Source of the DNA: Nitrosarchaeum sp.
Lineage (GTDB): Archaea; Thermoproteota; Nitrososphaeria; Nitrososphaerales; Nitrosopumilaceae
Direction of reading: 5' to 3'
NCBI GenBank assembly: GCA_965223865.1
Contig: OZ245020.1
Location: 1,056,001 to 1,120,000, forward strand
Length of the DNA stretch: 64,000 nt
Position 1 is the first letter of the stretch, and each line of letters starts with the position of its first letter. The notes below the pieces were generated by a model. That model saw only the letters and a list, made by a program, of their open reading frames with translations, was not told where the DNA came from and ran no database searches. The position numbers and the translations under genes are program-made. This document shows, one piece after another, positions 61,285 through 64,000 of this stretch.

Positions 61285-62922
61285 TTGATTGGTATACTTC
61301 ACGGTTATTTATTAGAAGGTTCTGGAAGTAACATTTGGACTAGATCCATTCTAAAATCTTTATGTAAAAATGGAGAAACGGTTCATCTTGTTTGTCAAGA
61401 AAATCATCCAGAGAATTATGATTTCATAGCAGAATCTCATTACTATCATGATGACTCAGTTGAAACTAGGCTAAATCGAAAGGTACCATACAAAGGAAAA
61501 TGTATTATGCACAAACCAAAATTAGGTGATGTTTTACCCGTTTATGTTTGGGATAAATATGAGGAGTTTACAAATGTGGTTCCAATGGTTGAATTGTCAA
61601 ATTCTGCAATTGAGAATTATATTCAGCGAAATACAGAAGTTGTATTAAAAATAGTAAATGATTATGGACTAACAGCAATTCATGTAAATCATGCAGTGCT
61701 AATGTCTGTGGTTGCTCATAGAGTCAATAAAATTACTTCTATTCCTTTTGCAATTATGCCACATGGAAGTGCAATTGAATACGCTGTAAAAAAAGATAAG
61801 AGATTCTTAGATTTTGCAACAATGGCATTTGATTCAGCTCAAAAAATTTTTATAGTTTCTGAAGAAATGAGAAATCGAATATCTACTACTTTTCAATCTA
61901 TTCCTAGCATCAATCAGAAAATGACCCGATTGAATTTAGGCGTAGATACAAGTGTTTTTGAACCTATTTTATCTGAATTAAGAAGTCAAAATATTGAAAG
62001 ATTATGTCAAAAATTGGAAGGGGTCCCTCGAGGAAAAAATGAACCCCAATCAGATATTTTGAAAAGTAAACTCAATTCTGACTTACAATTAAAAGAATTA
62101 AACAAAATAATCTCTTCGACTACTGATTATCAAATAAAAAACCCTGATAATAATATTGAGACCAAACTAAGGAAGATCGACTGGACTCATGATAAAATAA
62201 TTTTATTTGTTGGACGACTAATAACAGGTAAAGGAATTCAATCCGTTATTGCAACTTTGCCATTGATCTTGGATCAACACAAAGATACAAGATTGATAAT
62301 TGTGGGTCATGGACCATTACGTGAAATAATGGAAATCTTGTTGTGGGCACTACAAAACAATGAAAGAAAATTAGTCATGAAAATTATTACATGGGGAAAA
62401 TCACTTGAAGGAACTTCAGATAAAGTTTCTTCTTTTCAAGAAATTTTATCCTTTTACAATCAATTAGAAAAAAATAATGAATTAAATTCTTATTTTGAAA
62501 AAGCTCAAAGAAATCTAAGCCAAAATAATGTAATCTTTACAGGTTATCTGGGACATGAAGAGCTACGTTATCTTTATCCTTGTTGTGATGTAGCCATTTT
62601 TCCTTCTTTGGTGAAGGAAGCAGGACCCCTTGTATTTTTTGAAGCATTGGCATCTGGTTGTTTTCCATTGGGAACTTATTTTGGAGGAATGGCAATAAAC
62701 ATTGATTCAATTTCAAATAGATTGCCAACAGAAGATGCAGATTTAATGAAAATAAGCATAAAAAATGATAAAATGCTATTTGATATTGTCCAAAAAATAA
62801 ATGGCGCTTTCTTACTTGATGGAAAGTATAGATCTACATTAAGTAAGGCTGCCCAAGAATTGTATGATTGGAGTAGTATTGGTGAAAAAATCTCCTTAGA
62901 ACTTAATTCCATGAATTCATAA
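61285..62922 (+). CDS. Glycosyltransferase family 4 (GT-B) protein
   Basis: LFVGRLITGKG, FTGY, FPSLVKEAGPLVFFEALASG. Confidence 0.9.
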   Translation: MIGILHGYLLEGSGSNIWTRSILKSLCKNGETVHLVCQENHPENYDFIAESHYYHDDSVETRLNRKVPYKGKCIMHKPKLGDVLPVYVWDKYEEFTNVVPMVELSNSAIENYIQRNTEVVLKIVNDYGLTAIHVNHAVLMSVVAHRVNKITSIPFAIMPHGSAIEYAVKKDKRFLDFATMAFDSAQKIFIVSEEMRNRISTTFQSIPSINQKMTRLNLGVDTSVFEPILSELRSQNIERLCQKLEGVPRGKNEPQSDILKSKLNSDLQLKELNKIISSTTDYQIKNPDNNIETKLRKIDWTHDKIILFVGRLITGKGIQSVIATLPLILDQHKDTRLIIVGHGPLREIMEILLWALQNNERKLVMKIITWGKSLEGTSDKVSSFQEILSFYNQLEKNNELNSYFEKAQRNLSQNNVIFTGYLGHEELRYLYPCCDVAIFPSLVKEAGPLVFFEALASGCFPLGTYFGGMAINIDSISNRLPTEDADLMKISIKNDKMLFDIVQKINGAFLLDGKYRSTLSKAAQELYDWSSIGEKISLELNSMNS

Positions 62923-63065
62923 TCATACTTTCAAATAGTCTAGTGAAGAATTTAAAAAAACTTTGACTGTTACAAATATCTACAAAAACATAATCTTGTA
63001 AAATAACAGCGAATAAGTTGGCTTTTTTGTCTATATAATTTGAATACTCTACTTATGATCAAAGA

Positions 63066-63287
63066 TTGAAAGGTCTACGTATGCTTGAATCTCACGCATT
63101 CTTTTCAAAAATGGTAGATGAGTTAGTTGAATTTTCTGAATATGACCCTGAATTAGCAGATGGAATCAAGTGGCTTGATGATCAGGCACAGAAAAAAGGC
63201 ATCACATTTTATGATATGGTCTTTGAAGTTTTGTACAAACATGATGTCAATTCCAAAGCAAAAGAATGGCTCAACACTAGAAACTAA
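63066..63287 (+). CDS. Conserved-looking hypothetical protein
   Basis: DPELADGIKWLD...GITFYDMVFEVL. Confidence 0.7.
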   Translation: MKGLRMLESHAFFSKMVDELVEFSEYDPELADGIKWLDDQAQKKGITFYDMVFEVLYKHDVNSKAKEWLNTRN

Positions 63288-63291
63288 GTTG

Positions 63292-64000
63292 CTATTTTCT
63301 CAAATCTAATTCCTTGTACTCGCATCCCTGAGGCCCACAATACTTTCCAACATAGAATGCTTTTGGCCTGTATAATGCTGGTTTTGGTGCAGCTTCGGCA
63401 AATTTTTCTTCAATAATATGTGCTGCCCATCCTGCAACTCTTGATATTGCAAAAATTGGTGTGTTAAGGTCCACTGGAATTTTTAGCATATAGTAAATTG
63501 ACGCACTGTACAAATCAACATTAGGATAAATATCTCGTTCTTTCTGTTTTTTCATTTCAGTAATTGTTGTAGTTTCTACTTTTTCTGTCATGTCAAACCA
63601 TGGCTCTTTTGTTTTTTCTGCAAGTTTTCTTGAAAGTTCTTTTAAAACTTGTGCTCGTGGATCATATGTTTTGTATACTGCATGACCCATTCCCATAATT
63701 CTTTCCCCTTTTGACATTTGCTCTTTAATCCATGGTTCTACTTTGTCTATAGTTCCAATTTCTAATAACATCTTCATTACTTCTGTATTTGCACCTCCAT
63801 GCAATTCACCACTTAGGGCGCCAATTGCCGCACTTGATGCTGAGTACATATGGGCTCGAGTTGATGCAACCTGTCTTGCTGTGAATGTAGATGCGTTAAA
63901 CGTATGATCTGCATGAAGAATCAAGCATACATCAAAAATCTTTTCAATTTCAGGGTCCGGTCTTTCTCCTGACATCATGTAAAGAAAATTGGCTGCATGA
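63292..64000 (-). CDS. gltA: Citrate synthase (partial, 5' end beyond the window)
   Basis: HADHTFNAST, GELHGGAN, MGMGHAVYK.YDPRA, YPNVD, FAISR. Confidence 0.95.
   Translation of the reverse strand, partial: HAANFLYMMSGERPDPEIEKIFDVCLILHADHTFNASTFTARQVASTRAHMYSASSAAIGALSGELHGGANTEVMKMLLEIGTIDKVEPWIKEQMSKGERIMGMGHAVYKTYDPRAQVLKELSRKLAEKTKEPWFDMTEKVETTTITEMKKQKERDIYPNVDLYSASIYYMLKIPVDLNTPIFAISRVAGWAAHIIEEKFAEAAPKPALYRPKAFYVGKYCGPQGCEYKELDLRK

Noticed and set aside
849-62912. Numerous antisense or overlapping ORFs in the track (e.g. 11297-11770, 31276-31719, 54594-54950)
   Set aside because: Shadows of well-supported genes on the opposite strand or frame.

Overview
AT-rich archaeal chromosome segment. 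Gene content (PEFG-CTERM protein, IPxWIK-domain cupredoxin, roadblock-like proteins, L40e, BHB-intron tRNA) indicates an ammonia-oxidising Nitrosopumilaceae (Thaumarchaeota) genome. Bases ~1-24.5 kb are an accessory island abutting the 3' end of an intron-containing tRNA-Val(CAC). Its cargo includes a CARF-wHTH/DUF1059/PII/USP signalling block, ArsR- and TetR-regulated hydrolase/monooxygenase operons, an AIPR defence gene and secreted Cys-motif proteins. The most striking signal is non-coding: three element ends of identical geometry (G[G/A]GGATATAGTTAG-N17-CCACGTGGAAA). Two sit back-to-back around a 14-bp spacer at 11001-11100, and one at 24350-24391 abuts a near-copy of the same 14-mer next to a decayed tRNA-like 3' end. 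These resemble casposon terminal repeats and target-site duplications, but no casposase is in the window, suggesting a tandem array of non-autonomous casposon-like cargo elements. A ~520-bp helically phased repeat array lies at 15991-16510. The rest (24.6-64 kb) is mostly core genome (rpl40e, sucCD, ileS, purD, folD, purN, uvrBAC, citrate synthase), with a decayed RadA/PolB2 element ending in a tRNA-like att fragment and a multiply disrupted large multicopper oxidase gene. All calls are from visual motif recognition; no database searches were run.
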